A stretch of 64,000 nt of DNA from Raillietiella orientalis (lineage: Eukaryota), in NCBI GenBank assembly GCA_036172245.1, contig JAYWIR010000066.1, positions 372,001-436,000 of the forward strand. The letters run 5' to 3'. Position 1 is the first letter of the stretch, and each line of letters opens with the position of its first letter. The notes beneath the pieces were generated by a model. It was not told where the DNA came from. It worked only from the letters and a program-made list of their open reading frames with translations, and did no database searches. Below, one piece after another: positions 11,746 to 23,991 of the stretch. The position numbers were made by a program, and so were the translations under genes.

Positions 11746-14700
11746 CTCTCCTCCCCTCCAGCGAGCCGAAAAGCGACTCCGCCTCCGAGCGGTGCCAAGG
11801 AAAATAGGAATCCGGGGTCGATCATTTCGGTTTTTCAGGGAACCTCCCCCCCCCGTCTCCCCTCTCTCTCTCTCTCTCTCTCTCTCTTCGCACGTGGGTG
11901 GCTCGTTCGCGTGAGTGGCGAGCTGTCTCTCGGACGTGCCCTCGGCCGAACACAGGGGGGAGTGATGGGGGCGCCCGGGGGAGAGGTCCACTCCATCCTC
12001 GACCCCCCACCCCCCGCGGAAGCCAAAACTTTCCCAGCTCCTTCCGAGGGAGTGGGAAACCTGCAGCGCTCTTTTTTCGTCGGGAATTCCGAAGGGGCAA
12101 CTCGCGCGCGCGCCCGGACGGGTGAGAAAGGGCATGGCCCGGGTAGAAGAAGGCGAAGATGCTGGCGCGCGCTGGGGGGGTGAGGGTGATCTCTCTCGCC
12201 TCTTCGCGCCGGATTTGCATAATTCGCGGCGAAACGGCGTCCCGCGGCCCCTCCCCCTCCAAAAGGCTCTTCGTCGCTCCCCACTCATTAGACGGCGACT
12301 TCAGTCAACACAGCGTTAATCACACACAAGAGGAGGAGGAGGAGTGGCGGGGGGGGGGAGGGGAGGGGAGGAAGAGGGGGAGGGGATGTTTCCAGGGCTC
12401 TCCGGGATGACTCAGCGGTTTCGGTTTGCTGATAATCGTGATGCAGCATGACGGCCGGTGCCCGCAGCATCTCTCAAACACTTTCCCAGATGTGATGGCC
12501 CGTCACTTTCGTCTCCAGGACTCGGAATCAACAGCGCACGGGAGTAGGGCGCGAGCGCGGCTCACCCCCTTTTAGCTCCTCCCCCCCCCCCGAGCACAAA
12601 AACGGTCGAAAAAAAAAAAAAAAACAAGAAAAGACCCGAGGTTTCGCGCCGGGGGTGCGGCGCGGGCCGTGGTAGCCCGGGCTGGGGCTCTTGGCAGAGG
12701 GCGGGGAGGGAGGGGGGGATGGGAACGGCTGGCTCTGAGCCTCGCGAGGATCGTCCCGGGATTTCTGCTTCCCTGTGCGACACCGCTCGACGGCGGAGTC
12801 GCCTTTCTCAGCGCCCCGAGGACGCGGCGCGTGCAGGCGGGGAGGCGGAGGACTCACCCAGTAGAAGGCCATCCCCAAGGATCCGTTCCCGGCGGTTGCG
12901 TGGGAGGAGGAGTGCTGGCAACGACGCGAGCCAGCGCTGGCGATCTCAAGTGGTTTCTTTTTCTTCTGCTTTCGGATCCCTTCCGCCCCCCTCCCCGCTT
13001 CCCTTCGGAGGTTCCAGAAGAAGCGAGCTGAACCAGGAGGAGGAACTTTGCTCCGGGAGGTCTCCGGCGGCGTGAACTCTGATTCGCCGCCGCAGAGCTC
13101 CGAAGGGAGGAAGGAGGAGAGTGCACGGCTGGAGCTCCCGGGAGTTCGGAAAAAGCCGAACCGCTCGGCCGGACAGCCGCGAGTTCGAGCGGCGAGGCAA
13201 CGCGCGTCGCCCCCCTGGAAGGGGGGAGGGCCGACGGCGTTTTCGAGGACTCCGTCCGGTGCACGTGACAAGAAGCGTTGAGCTCCCCCCTCCCCCTCCC
13301 CCCCCCCCCCTATCTTCCTTCCTTCCTTCCTTCCCCCTTCCCCTCCTGCTCGGTTTCTCGGTCGGCCCCCTTCTCAAGTGGCACCGAAAAGCACGCGACT
13401 TTCCCCGGAGAGAGCTGCGACCGGTGGCATCTAACGTGCGTTCGCCGAACTAACCCCGCGATTCGCCTCCCGGAAAGGACCGTTCCTCTTCTCATTTTTT
13501 TTCTTTTTCTGGTCCACTTCCCACTGATTTCGTATTCACCTTTCATAGCTCTCATTTTCTCCTGCATCTTCTCTATGCCGGTTGGTGCATGTTCTCTCTC
13601 TCCCCCTCTTTCCCTCGGCGGTCCAGATTCTCTTTTGCGTATTCTTGAACCGCATCACAGCAGCTCGAGGGAATGAAGACTCGCGTGCAGGGGCGCATCG
13701 TAAGACCGCAGCAATGAACCAGGCACCCGGAAACGTTCCGGGATGAATCGGGAGCATGATTTGGGGCAATTTCGAACCTCCGTGTTCGGTTCAAACCCTC
13801 TCGATGCAAAGGAAAAGAGAGGGGCAAACCAACGAGCGAGCGAACGAACCTCCTACGGAGAGCGCGTAGGCACGGACCTCAGCACAGAGGGGCTCGACGG
13901 AGCGGGCTGATCCGCCTTGCATCCCTGTGATGTCTTTACTCTGAATTTCCTTCCTTCGTCTTTTTTTTTGCTTTTTCGGCACGGAAAAACAGCAAAGGAG
14001 GCGGCAGCGCCGAGATTTCTTTAGGATGACGCCACGATACTCCCTTCCTCCGAAAAACAACCGTCGCAAGAGCATCGATTACCAAGGAATGATGAAAAGA
14101 TACCAAGAGCGACTGGGGAGTGGCTTTGGGCCACATATGATCACGCGGATGCTGATTCGTCGTGGATCGATGGAAAGCGACCGCAGAGTTACGGGAATCA
14201 CATGACCGGATTGGTCAGTAACGACGGTCGACGTGCGTTGACACCACCTCGAAACGGGTGCTGCTGATGCTGGGAGCAAACCAGAGAGAGGAGGATGCGA
14301 AGAGGGGCTCGTAAGCGACCGCTGGACGAAAACGCACCTTCGCCTCTTGTTCCCGCGCAAGAAAACATCCCTCTCCGTTCCCCGCTTCGCCATCCCGAGG
14401 CCGCCTGCACCTCATGGAAATTCGGGAGTACGGGAGCTCCCGAACGCGCTGATGAGACAAAACCACGAGTTCCTATTCTTCTTCTCCTCCGAAAACGAAG
14501 AAAAAAAAGAGTCAGGAACGTGCAGGAAAATGCATGCCGGTGAAAAGCAAGTCCGGAGCTGCCCTCTGTCTTTAAAGAGATGGTCAAGTGATTCAACAGG
14601 GGGCACCCCGCCAGCACCGAGTTGATTCCGAAAATGCACGCCGGTGAAATGCCAGATTTCCCTCTCCCATCCCCTCCTCCCAGTCAGCGGAGGGGGGAAA

Positions 14701-17700
14701 CCTCAAACTATGATTCTTTTTCCCGATAAGAGCACGTAACGCGATTATTTCCCTGTCCACACGGAATGCCCGTTGGCTACCTCGGCTCCGCGGAGAACCT
14801 TAATTTGTTCCGGCGTATCTTCCGAAGCAACACGAACTCCTCTCTCGCGCCCCTGGGCGCCCTTCTGCAGATGGCGGTTGCCCGCGGAGGAAAGCGGGAA
14901 AGCAGGAATGGGCCAACGGGAAAAGAAAAAGCGGATGACAAATACGGCGTTCCCGACGTTTTTTTTTTTTTTTTTTTTTTCTCATCCCTCTTCCCTCCCA
15001 TTGCTTCGTCCTGGAGGGTTGCGGAAGACGTCGAAGCGTGTCAGACGCGAGCAGGCCGGGAGCAGCTTCGTTCCATCATGCCGCCAGCTATCCTCCAGCC
15101 AGAGAAAGAACGTCGGAATCCGATTTTGATCCCAGCAGACGCTTCCAGAGTTTGGAGCGCCCGGAACCGAAAGTCCCGACCGGAAGCAGCGGCGAAAAAG
15201 GACTTGCGGAACGAAGGCCTGTTCGGAAAGTCGAAATCCCATCTCGGGAAACTGAATCCCGGTGTTCCTTTGCCTGCCTGCGTCTCCGCTCCTCAAACCT
15301 CCCTGATCTTCCCGCTCCATTTTTATTACGTTTACTCTGCACGTTTTCGATTTTTGTATTTTTTATATCGTCGCCCTGAATGTATGTGTGCGTATACATA
15401 TACATATCCATCGGCAAGATATTCATAGGCTTTCCCATGGCTTTTTTTTTTGGGGGGGGAGGGGGAGCTGATTTTGAATTCTCTCCCTACCACCGTGCCA
15501 CATCCATTTTTACGGTGAACGTCCGGGAAGTTGTGTGGATGGCATCGCCACCACCTCCATTCGTGACCATCGTTCTTGAATTGGCCCCCCGTCGTTCAAC
15601 AGCGCCAACGCCGACGGTTTCCCCAGCAACGCGAGCGCAAGACCCGTGCCGCTCTCTCGAACGGACCTCCCGGCTGATTTGCCAGCGTCGAATTTGCCTC
15701 CATCTCGCACGGAGGTTTCCTCTTAGGTGAGGTCAAAAAAAATCGTCGCGCTGGAATCCGTAACGGATCATATGAGATTCCGTGCCCCTGCGACATGAGG
15801 GAGCGAAGGACCCCCTGCGAGTTCTGCGAGAGGGGGTGAAATCCAAACAACCCCTTCGCGTCGTCTCGTTATTAAATCGAAGTCGGGGATGGAACCCCTG
15901 CGGAAACCACCCGTGCCTGGCGTTTGGATTGCGTGCCTCCAGCAGCCCATGGAATGCATCCCTCTCCGACAGCTCAGACTGCGAGGCCGTAAAAAAAAGA
16001 AAGAAAGAAAAAGAAAAAAGGCAATCGACAAGCGGCTTTAAAAGCTTTTCCAAGAGCACTGCGGTTGTTGTACTTCCTACGTTTGGGGTCACTTTCACCG
16101 GTGGATGGTCAGCGGATGTCGCAAGCTCGTCCTGGCTTTTCTTTTTGGGGATCGACGCCATCCCTCATCATAACTCCGCTCAAAAACGAAAATCGAGAAA
16201 ATCCGGGACAAACCAAAGGAAATCATTGTCCCGGTTTGCATTCCAGCCGCCGTGCCGAGGCTGTTTGACCTTTCCCGTTAAGGAAGGGGGAGGGGGTGAG
16301 CTTGGGAACATCGTTGTGAATGGTAGGACATGGGCTGAAGAATGAGTAATGAAACTCACCGGGGTCACCCAACACTTGCGCGCTCCTGCTCTTGCAGAGG
16401 AATGTTTCCATGCAGGAAGAATCGCACTCGAGGAAACATTAGGGAAAAACGCGCGTCCTATCACGTGGTCATTTCAAAATTGCTGGGGCGGGGGGGGGGG
16501 GGACAAAGAGTAGGAAGATAATCATTTGAAAATGCGGCAAGATCAACCTGTGATCATAAAAGCATCAGAGCAGTCGATGAGCTTTCCTTCCCTCTTCTTT
16601 TCTTTTCTTTCTTTTTTTTTTTTTTCGTTAAGAAAATTATGATTTCACCACCGCGAATGGCACGGTGGTGAAACGACGTCAGCCGTTACGCTGAGATGCA
16701 GCGGTCCACATATTTGTTCAGCGACAACTTTCTGGGACCGTGCTTCATAAAGTTGCACTCCTCCCGCAATCCTGTTTGGAGGCCCAGTGCAAATAGGGTG
16801 ATGGCAAATTAACGCAGGAAGGAAGAGTTAACAAAAACCTCGTCTTCTCTGGTTCGTTGCCTGCAGGAAGAACAAATAGGAATCTCGACATTTGGCATTT
16901 CGAATCGATCCTTCACTTGGGATAAATCCCACAGGTTTGGGCTCGGACCTACAGACCGACGGAGGGAAGGAAGACGTCCTGAAGGAACTCCGAGAGCAGC
17001 ATCCTGAAGGAGCAGGAAGCAACGGGGTGTCTCCTGGGGAAAAACGTTCCGCCTCCGAAGTGTTGAAAGAGATGTGACAGCAGCTACGAGGCCACAGAAA
17101 ACAGCCATTTCTTCATACGGAAGAAGAGCATGTCGATCACTGTCACTCGATAAATAACTGGTTCGTGTAATTAATAACATTAGTTTCAACGCAGCTACTG
17201 GAATATGTCTGCATTTATTGACATATGAAATCTAGCCCAATCTCGTTGAAGTGTGTGTGTGTATGTGCGTGTTTTATCCTCCGGTGCTCATCTCGCTCCC
17301 TTGCTTTAAATCGCTTACCTTTATTAAACTCAATCCTTCCCGAAAACACACCGGACATCTAATCTTACTCAAAAATTACTGCTACCGGTAATTTTTGAGA
17401 AAGCAGGAAGAAAATAAAAAATCGAATGGATGATAATTTGCTTCCTCTCTTCGAATGAACACATTAAGAATCTTTGTAAGCAAGGGATTTTGTAGAAAAA
17501 AAAAAAAAAAAAAATAAGCAAACAAAAGGATGTAGATGCTGAAAAGGATAGAACTTTCGAAAAAATTGTACGGACAAAACTGACTTGCAAATACGTAAAT
17601 GATAGTCGAGGGAAACGCGTCAAGTAACCATATGTTTTTAAATCATGCACCGTAGAAATAGAAAAATCAGAAATTAACAGAAATGTAAAATGAAAATCCG

Positions 17701-19339
17701 ATATTACTGCTTTATCTGGTCATGGGAAAATGGAGTCCATCTCATAACAGTTGATCGAAAAACCGGAGAATAACGTACTGCACATTATATGTACACATAC
17801 ACACTTGCATGCACACATACATACTGGTTATCGTACGGGTGACTTAATGGAAAAGTTTAGTTACGATTTTTTCTGGGATTTTCCAGAAAGAATTAGTGAT
17901 TTAAAATAAGCAGTCAATAAAGATAATAGTAACATTTGAAGAACAAGCAATGCCGACAAAAATAATGGGCACTACGAAAGAAAACAATTTTTCATTTGTT
18001 GAAGAAGAAATCGAAATAAAATTGCAAAGTTTTTGTAGATTTCCATGGATATGCAGTGCAGCTGTAAGAGAGAACTTAACAAACGATTGCCAGCGTGGCA
18101 CAATTATTTCATGATGTTTCGAAACTAACCGAGTTATGTGATCCAAGGAATTATTTTAAATTGATAATTTCAGTATTCATTTGGATGCTTTCCCTACTTC
18201 CCTAAGTGGTTTTTTACAGCTCTTCTTAATTCTGCAAGCTCTGGAACAACTATTGAAAGTTGAATCAAAATGCCTGTATCTGATTCTAGATGCTGATAAA
18301 CATAGTACTGCATCGAATGGTTAATGGAAGTGAAATTTAAAGACGTCTGAAATTATCTGCCTGAAGTTCAGTTTATGCATATTAATTATCCCTTCAAACA
18401 TTTTTTTATATCCTTTATTGATCTCGTACTGATTGCAACTAAACCATGCCGAGTGCTTTCTTAATAGAAATAAATTAATAAAAAAAAATCTCCGGGTGAA
18501 ATAGGATTCCCTCCTGATAGGATGTAAGGTAGTGATGTGTATCAAATCAACACATCATTATGCAAGGGACATCCACGTCCATGTCCCGTGAATAGTTGTT
18601 TTCTGGAAAAACAAATACACATATGTAGTTCTTCAAGGAATGATCACGAAATAGGAAAGTATTCAAGGAAATGATATACTAAATATTCCACAACATAAAG
18701 AGAAACTTCTGAAACTCCTGTTTATGACAGCGTATATTATAGGAATAGATGGAATTCATGTATGAACTTTTCATTTCTATTTCATCCTTTTATTCTTGAA
18801 GACTCTAGAAAGCTGCCCTCGACAAAATTTTCGTGGAAATGATTTCATTGAAGAATGAATGAAGTCTCAGGGGGAGAGAATGGAGATATTTTTCATTATT
18901 TACCAGCCTTTCCGGAAAACAGAGTTTTGATTGAACATTTAGTCATCCCACTGAAACAGCTTTATCCATCTACTTAATGTTTTGGTTATTCTAGCACATT
19001 CAATCACAGTGGATATCAAAATAAACATTTATATTTATACGGTACACATCAGGAAAACTTTTTCCTGTGGTAGCTCCAAGAGGAGGAAACATGCGCTCCC
19101 GTAGTGGAAAGTGGGCAGTGGAACGTGTTTGCTTTCCAGTTAGCATCTTTTGCTTTTTGAACGTAAACGGACCGCATCAAAAGTGATTATCCGCACACAA
19201 TCTTAATTATGGATCCTCATAAGCCTGTATTCGAGAGTTTTCTTGCAATTATGAGTTTGAACGGTTCATCCGAGATAAGATTTCAAACCAGATTACTAGA
19301 CAAGTGATATGAGGGCATCTGTTCAACCACCATCAAAAA

Positions 19340-22300
19340 ATGGTCTCTCTTCAAGAAGGTAATACCCCCTAATGATGAACAAAGGTTTTATTTATGCATT
19401 TATTTCATGACTTTAGAATTGTTTTCTTACCTAAACGATGATAAAATGAGCCACGAGTGCAAAACGAAACTAATTGTAAATGGGTTTTTCGATAAAAATT
19501 TTGTTATATATCAAAAAGAAATACTAATCCTTGATTGGATTGGGAAAAAAATAAGCTCCGAATGTCAAGCATCTGGATCCAGGGACATACTTTGGTTGTT
19601 GGAAAGTTTGCATGTCATTGTAACAAGCAATTATCTTAAGCATCTGAAAGAATTGAAAGCGTTAAAAATAATTTTCCCCAAAGAAGTCTTACTGGTAAGA
19701 CGGCATATGTACGTTCTTAGCAAAAAAATACACTGACTTCTGTGATGAAACATCATGCTGCAATTTATTTTTCAGGCATTTCCAAATTTGCTACCCCATC
19801 AGAATGCCAAAATTCAGTTGGAAGCGTTGAAAATACTAAACGTAGTCGTTCCAAAACTGGATTTCTATTTTGGGTTTCCTCCAAGTTTAGATTATTGCTG
19901 GAGATTGGCTACTAAAATCTTTGGTTTTCTAAACCCTTGTAACTTGAAAAGCAGTGTCATTGAGAATCAGGGTTTGCAACTGATTCACAGTTTTACTATT
20001 TTACTTAAGCAGTTACAGAGAAATTCTGTGTTTTCTTTGGACTTTTTTCTTTATGTGCTGAATAGGGATGTGTCCTTTTACATACAGTATTTAGATGACT
20101 TTGTAAATGTGAAAAATGTGGACAGTCAAATAAATCCTTTATTCGCAACTATTTCTTTTGATTTGAGCATTCTTCTGAGTGATGTCTTGCTGCCTCCCAC
20201 AGTTAGAGAGCATTTTGTTGACTTTCTAATACGTGCTTTCTCTGAAGAGGCTGTTGACATGCCTGCATCAGTAGATAAACTAATGGAACTCTTCATGACA
20301 ATTGTAGAGCAAAATAATGTGAATGCAATCTGCCATTTTGTCCGACTGATTTGCAACTCTTGGATGCAGATGACCAGAGAAGACCTTCATGTATTTGAGT
20401 TTCTTGTTTTCTTCTGTCATCTTCTGGGAATCAATCCACATACCAAAGACTGTGTCCAACTTACAAGTGACACTTTTATTAAAACTCAGGAATTGTCAAA
20501 GACTTTGATTTTGACCGTATTGCATGTTCTGTTTTCTGAAATCCATGTGATTCAAATAGAAATGCATCAAGAACTTAAGGGCATCACTTTTCTGGCATGG
20601 CTGCAGGGATTAGCAGTCCTTCTTCATTCAGACTTCTTTGAAGAAAAACCAGTGATTTGGTTCCAATTGATAGACAAAGTGCTGCAATGGAATGTATCCA
20701 TATTGAAAGGCTGCATAATTCAAACACTTCAGTATTGCGTCTTCCTTCGTAAGGAGCACTTAGCAGTTCAACCCCACAGAGATTTGTTACTAGAGAACAT
20801 GCTTTGTGCTTATGACGAAGTTCGTCAGTTGCCTAAATATGTCAGTTATTTGTTCATAGCAATTGACAAGGTGCTGGAGCAAAGCTGTGATCAGGCTAAA
20901 ATGAGTTTGCCTATTGGAACTTTAGAGAAATTTTCTTGTGTGCTCCCACAGCAGGCAACCTCGCAACAAATAGAAATCTGGAAGACACTTTTATATTATG
21001 CCCTGAAAATGCCTAAATCAGGAACAGAGTTTGCAAGTAATAGCATTTATTTGAATTTCGATGGCTTGTAACATGAACATTTTTCAGAAGGACTTGAACA
21101 GCAGCTTTTCATGGAAAACATTCTGATATTCTTTTCTGCTTTTCTCTCTAATGCTAAGCTGGTTGGTCACAAAATAGCTAGCTTAACTTCGGCAAAGTTA
21201 CTAGACCTGCTGAAAAAAACGACAGAAGCTCTTAAGGTGATTGGCTCAAATCTTTTTTCTCTGCAGTCGGTGAGTCCTTCTCAACTGTATTGCTCATGGA
21301 GATCTTGTCCAGTCATTGTCATTGCTTCTTGCATACTTGAGATGGTGTGATAGTTATGGTGAATTTGTTTTATTGCTTCATATATACAACAAGGAACTAC
21401 TGAACTGTGGCAGCTATCCAACAAAGCATTTACACTGTTACTTGAAAAACAAGCAATGGAACCAATTGATTGATTACATTAGAAGTTTTGAAAGTCGAGA
21501 AAGCTATATATATTTGGTAATCATTTGAGCAAACAGACTTACATTGCTGTGTTTGTTTCTGCAGGCAACCATCTGTATTCAGGAATTAAAATACGGAAGT
21601 TTGGTTCAAAGAGATTTGGTTGTGGATTCCAAGACCCTTGATAAATTGCTGGCGTACCTAGACCATTGCCCCAGTATTCCACAAAAGCACTGTGTTGTGT
21701 ATTTTCACAAGTTTTTGAATTTGGATCAACTATGTCATTTGAATGGAATTCTTATTAAGCATTTTTTAATTTCAACAGCTAATTGGCGGGAATTCTTTTC
21801 TGCAAATTTTTTAAAAACCAGAATATTGCAAACTGTGCTCATCTGGACATTTTGCTGTGAGGCTAGCAAACTTCTGTGTCGTGTCAAGAGAAAATACAAC
21901 ACTAGTTTTCAGAGAACCACTGTTTATAAAATCTTATCAAAGATTACAGACAGTGTCAAACCCTTTTTAGACTATGAGGAGGACTCTCACAATGAAGCTG
22001 GATGCATTTTGCAGCAAGCAGGACATTTGATCCATACAGCAATTGTAGAAAGGAATCAGCACCCAGTCAAGGCTGCCAGCACCCTTGAAGATGTGAAATC
22101 TCTGTTTAAATGTCTTGCAAATCTTCCTTGTTCTCATTTGTTATCAGTTAATCAGCAACTGATCTGGTGCACTGCTTTAGCAGTGACTGTGCATTTAGAG
22201 GAAGTCATTTTACCTTGCACAATGGATGCGCAGTTTGTTGGTACTTTGTTCCAAATTTTGCAGGACACTCTGTCAAATCCTGACAGTTCTGTCCTCTCAT

Positions 22301-23891
22301 TGGTTCACGTAAGTGACACCATCATTTGGTTGTTTCACATTAAGCAAAAATACTGTTGTGAAATGGATGGCTTTGATAGATTGCTAAGCATGATAATTCG
22401 TGAGGCATCCAGAAAAGTCGTTCTCTGGGCACAGTTAGGTTCATGTGTGGAGTTTTTTGGTACTGTAGCAGAGAAAGACCGATCATCAGCCATGGCTGTT
22501 TATTCTGCAGTCTTAAGCTGTACAATCAAACAGAAATACGCATCCAAGCAAAAAAAAGAAAGAAAATTCCCTTATGTGAAGAAGATTGCCAGCACTTCAG
22601 CACAATGGCTTCACATTCCTGGACCAACAAAGCAGATTCCTCCTGTGCTTCTTTGTATCGCCCGTCTTGTGATGCAACATAAAATTCGTCAGTTAGAATC
22701 TCATCCCTCTTTTTGGAAAAAATATTTTGCTGTTGCAGTTGATCTAGTGTTGACTATTTTGCCAGATAGCAAAGAATCAGTATTCCAAGAGTGTATGCAA
22801 ATTGTTCTTTTCTTGTGTATGCATTGGCATAGAGTGCACAACTATTTGCCTCAAAATGTCATAGGGATTGCATGGCAATGCATACGCAATCAGAGATCTT
22901 GTCAACATGTGCATTCTTTGTTTCAACATGCTGAATTGTCTCAGTTTAAAAATATGTTGGAAGATTTAACACACAGTCAGGTAGGACAGAAATTTGTTTT
23001 TTTCTTGTTTGTTTAAAATGTTACCATATAGCTGGAAGTCTGGCATCTGCAAATGTGGAGAGAACTCTTTTCTGTTAACTTGGATGCTCAGAAGCAGCAG
23101 CTTCGCCTGCAAAAATTGCCAAATCTCATCATTGGTGCACAACTTTTTTTGAATGCAAGTACTTCAGAAATATGGCTTGCTAAGTTACTGGAAGTTTTCA
23201 AGGTCATTATAGACTGTCAGGCAAGTTCGAACTGGCCAACTTGTCAGCATTTTAAGTGTACTAACAGGATATCAGTCCCAAAGTCACCATGGAGGATTTG
23301 CTTAACAAATGTGTCGTCTTTCCAGTTACATCCAGTTTTGTATTTCAAGAGCTGTGTAGCTTATTGAAAACATTTCTAAAGAGTTATGCTCTCCTATGCT
23401 TGGCATTCTTACCAAGCATTTTTCAGTGCCTACGAATTCTGTTACACTACTTGTGTTCCAATAGTTGCCAGAGCCTCAACTTAAAGGAAGAACAAATTAC
23501 CAATATGATAACATGTGCCAGATCTTTGGAAAGGTTAGCAGAATTGCATTACGTTTGAAAAGTATATCTACTCTTACTGCAGATTAGTACTTCTTCTCGT
23601 AAATCATAAAACTGAAATCAGAAAACTTGTACCGTATTTTCTGACAGATATCATGGAGCAGTTTCATTTGTATACTATCTATCCCGGCGTTAAGGTACTT
23701 TTGAGACAACTGCAATTTTATACGTATGTCTTTTTTAGGAAATTCTACAGTCAATCACACGTAGGTTTTTATTTGTCTGTGATGAGCATGCACTTGTGCA
23801 TCTCCAAGCTGCTCTACCCATGACCAATAGCCAGTTACTGAAAAGTGCACTTGAATATTGCAAAAAGCATAAATATGTAGGTGCTGTATGA
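19340..23891 (+). CDS. URB2: URB2/Npa2 ribosome biogenesis factor, ~1359 aa. Exons 19340-19358, 19417-19694, 19776-21036, 21088-21269, 21313-21516, 21565-22980, 23032-23220, 23268-23533, 23583-23694, 23739-23891
   Basis: Splicing at GT-AG sites (one GC-AG) joins the ORFs in one frame. The N-terminus has QKEILILDW. The C-terminal Urb2-domain-like segment CARSLERL...YTIYPGVKEILQ...CDEH...LQAAL...HKYVGAV* resembles recalled URB2 sequences. Confidence 0.85.
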
Positions 23892-23985
23892 AATCATCTA
23901 AAAGCTGTGTTTAGTAAGCTTGCCTGTGTTATATGAAAGTGATGACATTTGAAGTACCCTCTATAGTTTTATACTTGTTAAGCCA

Positions 23986-23991
23986 AATAAA
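23986..23991 (+). terminator. Candidate poly(A) signal of URB2
   Basis: AATAAA ~95 nt after the stop, followed by T/GT-rich sequence. Confidence 0.55.

Larger units (their letters stand above)
1..17100. other. GC- and CpG-rich, apparently non-coding domain (regulatory or intronic-type DNA with homopolymer runs)
   Basis: Visibly high GC with abundant CG dinucleotides and poly-A/T/G/C runs. Long ORFs occur in all six frames but are R/G/P/A/S-rich with no recognisable domain. Composition falls to AT-rich after ~17 kb. Confidence 0.7.

Noticed and set aside
19407..19416. ATG at 19407 as the URB2 start
   Set aside because: It falls in the 3' end of a plausible 58-nt intron. The ATG at 19340 (aaaATGg) splices in frame.
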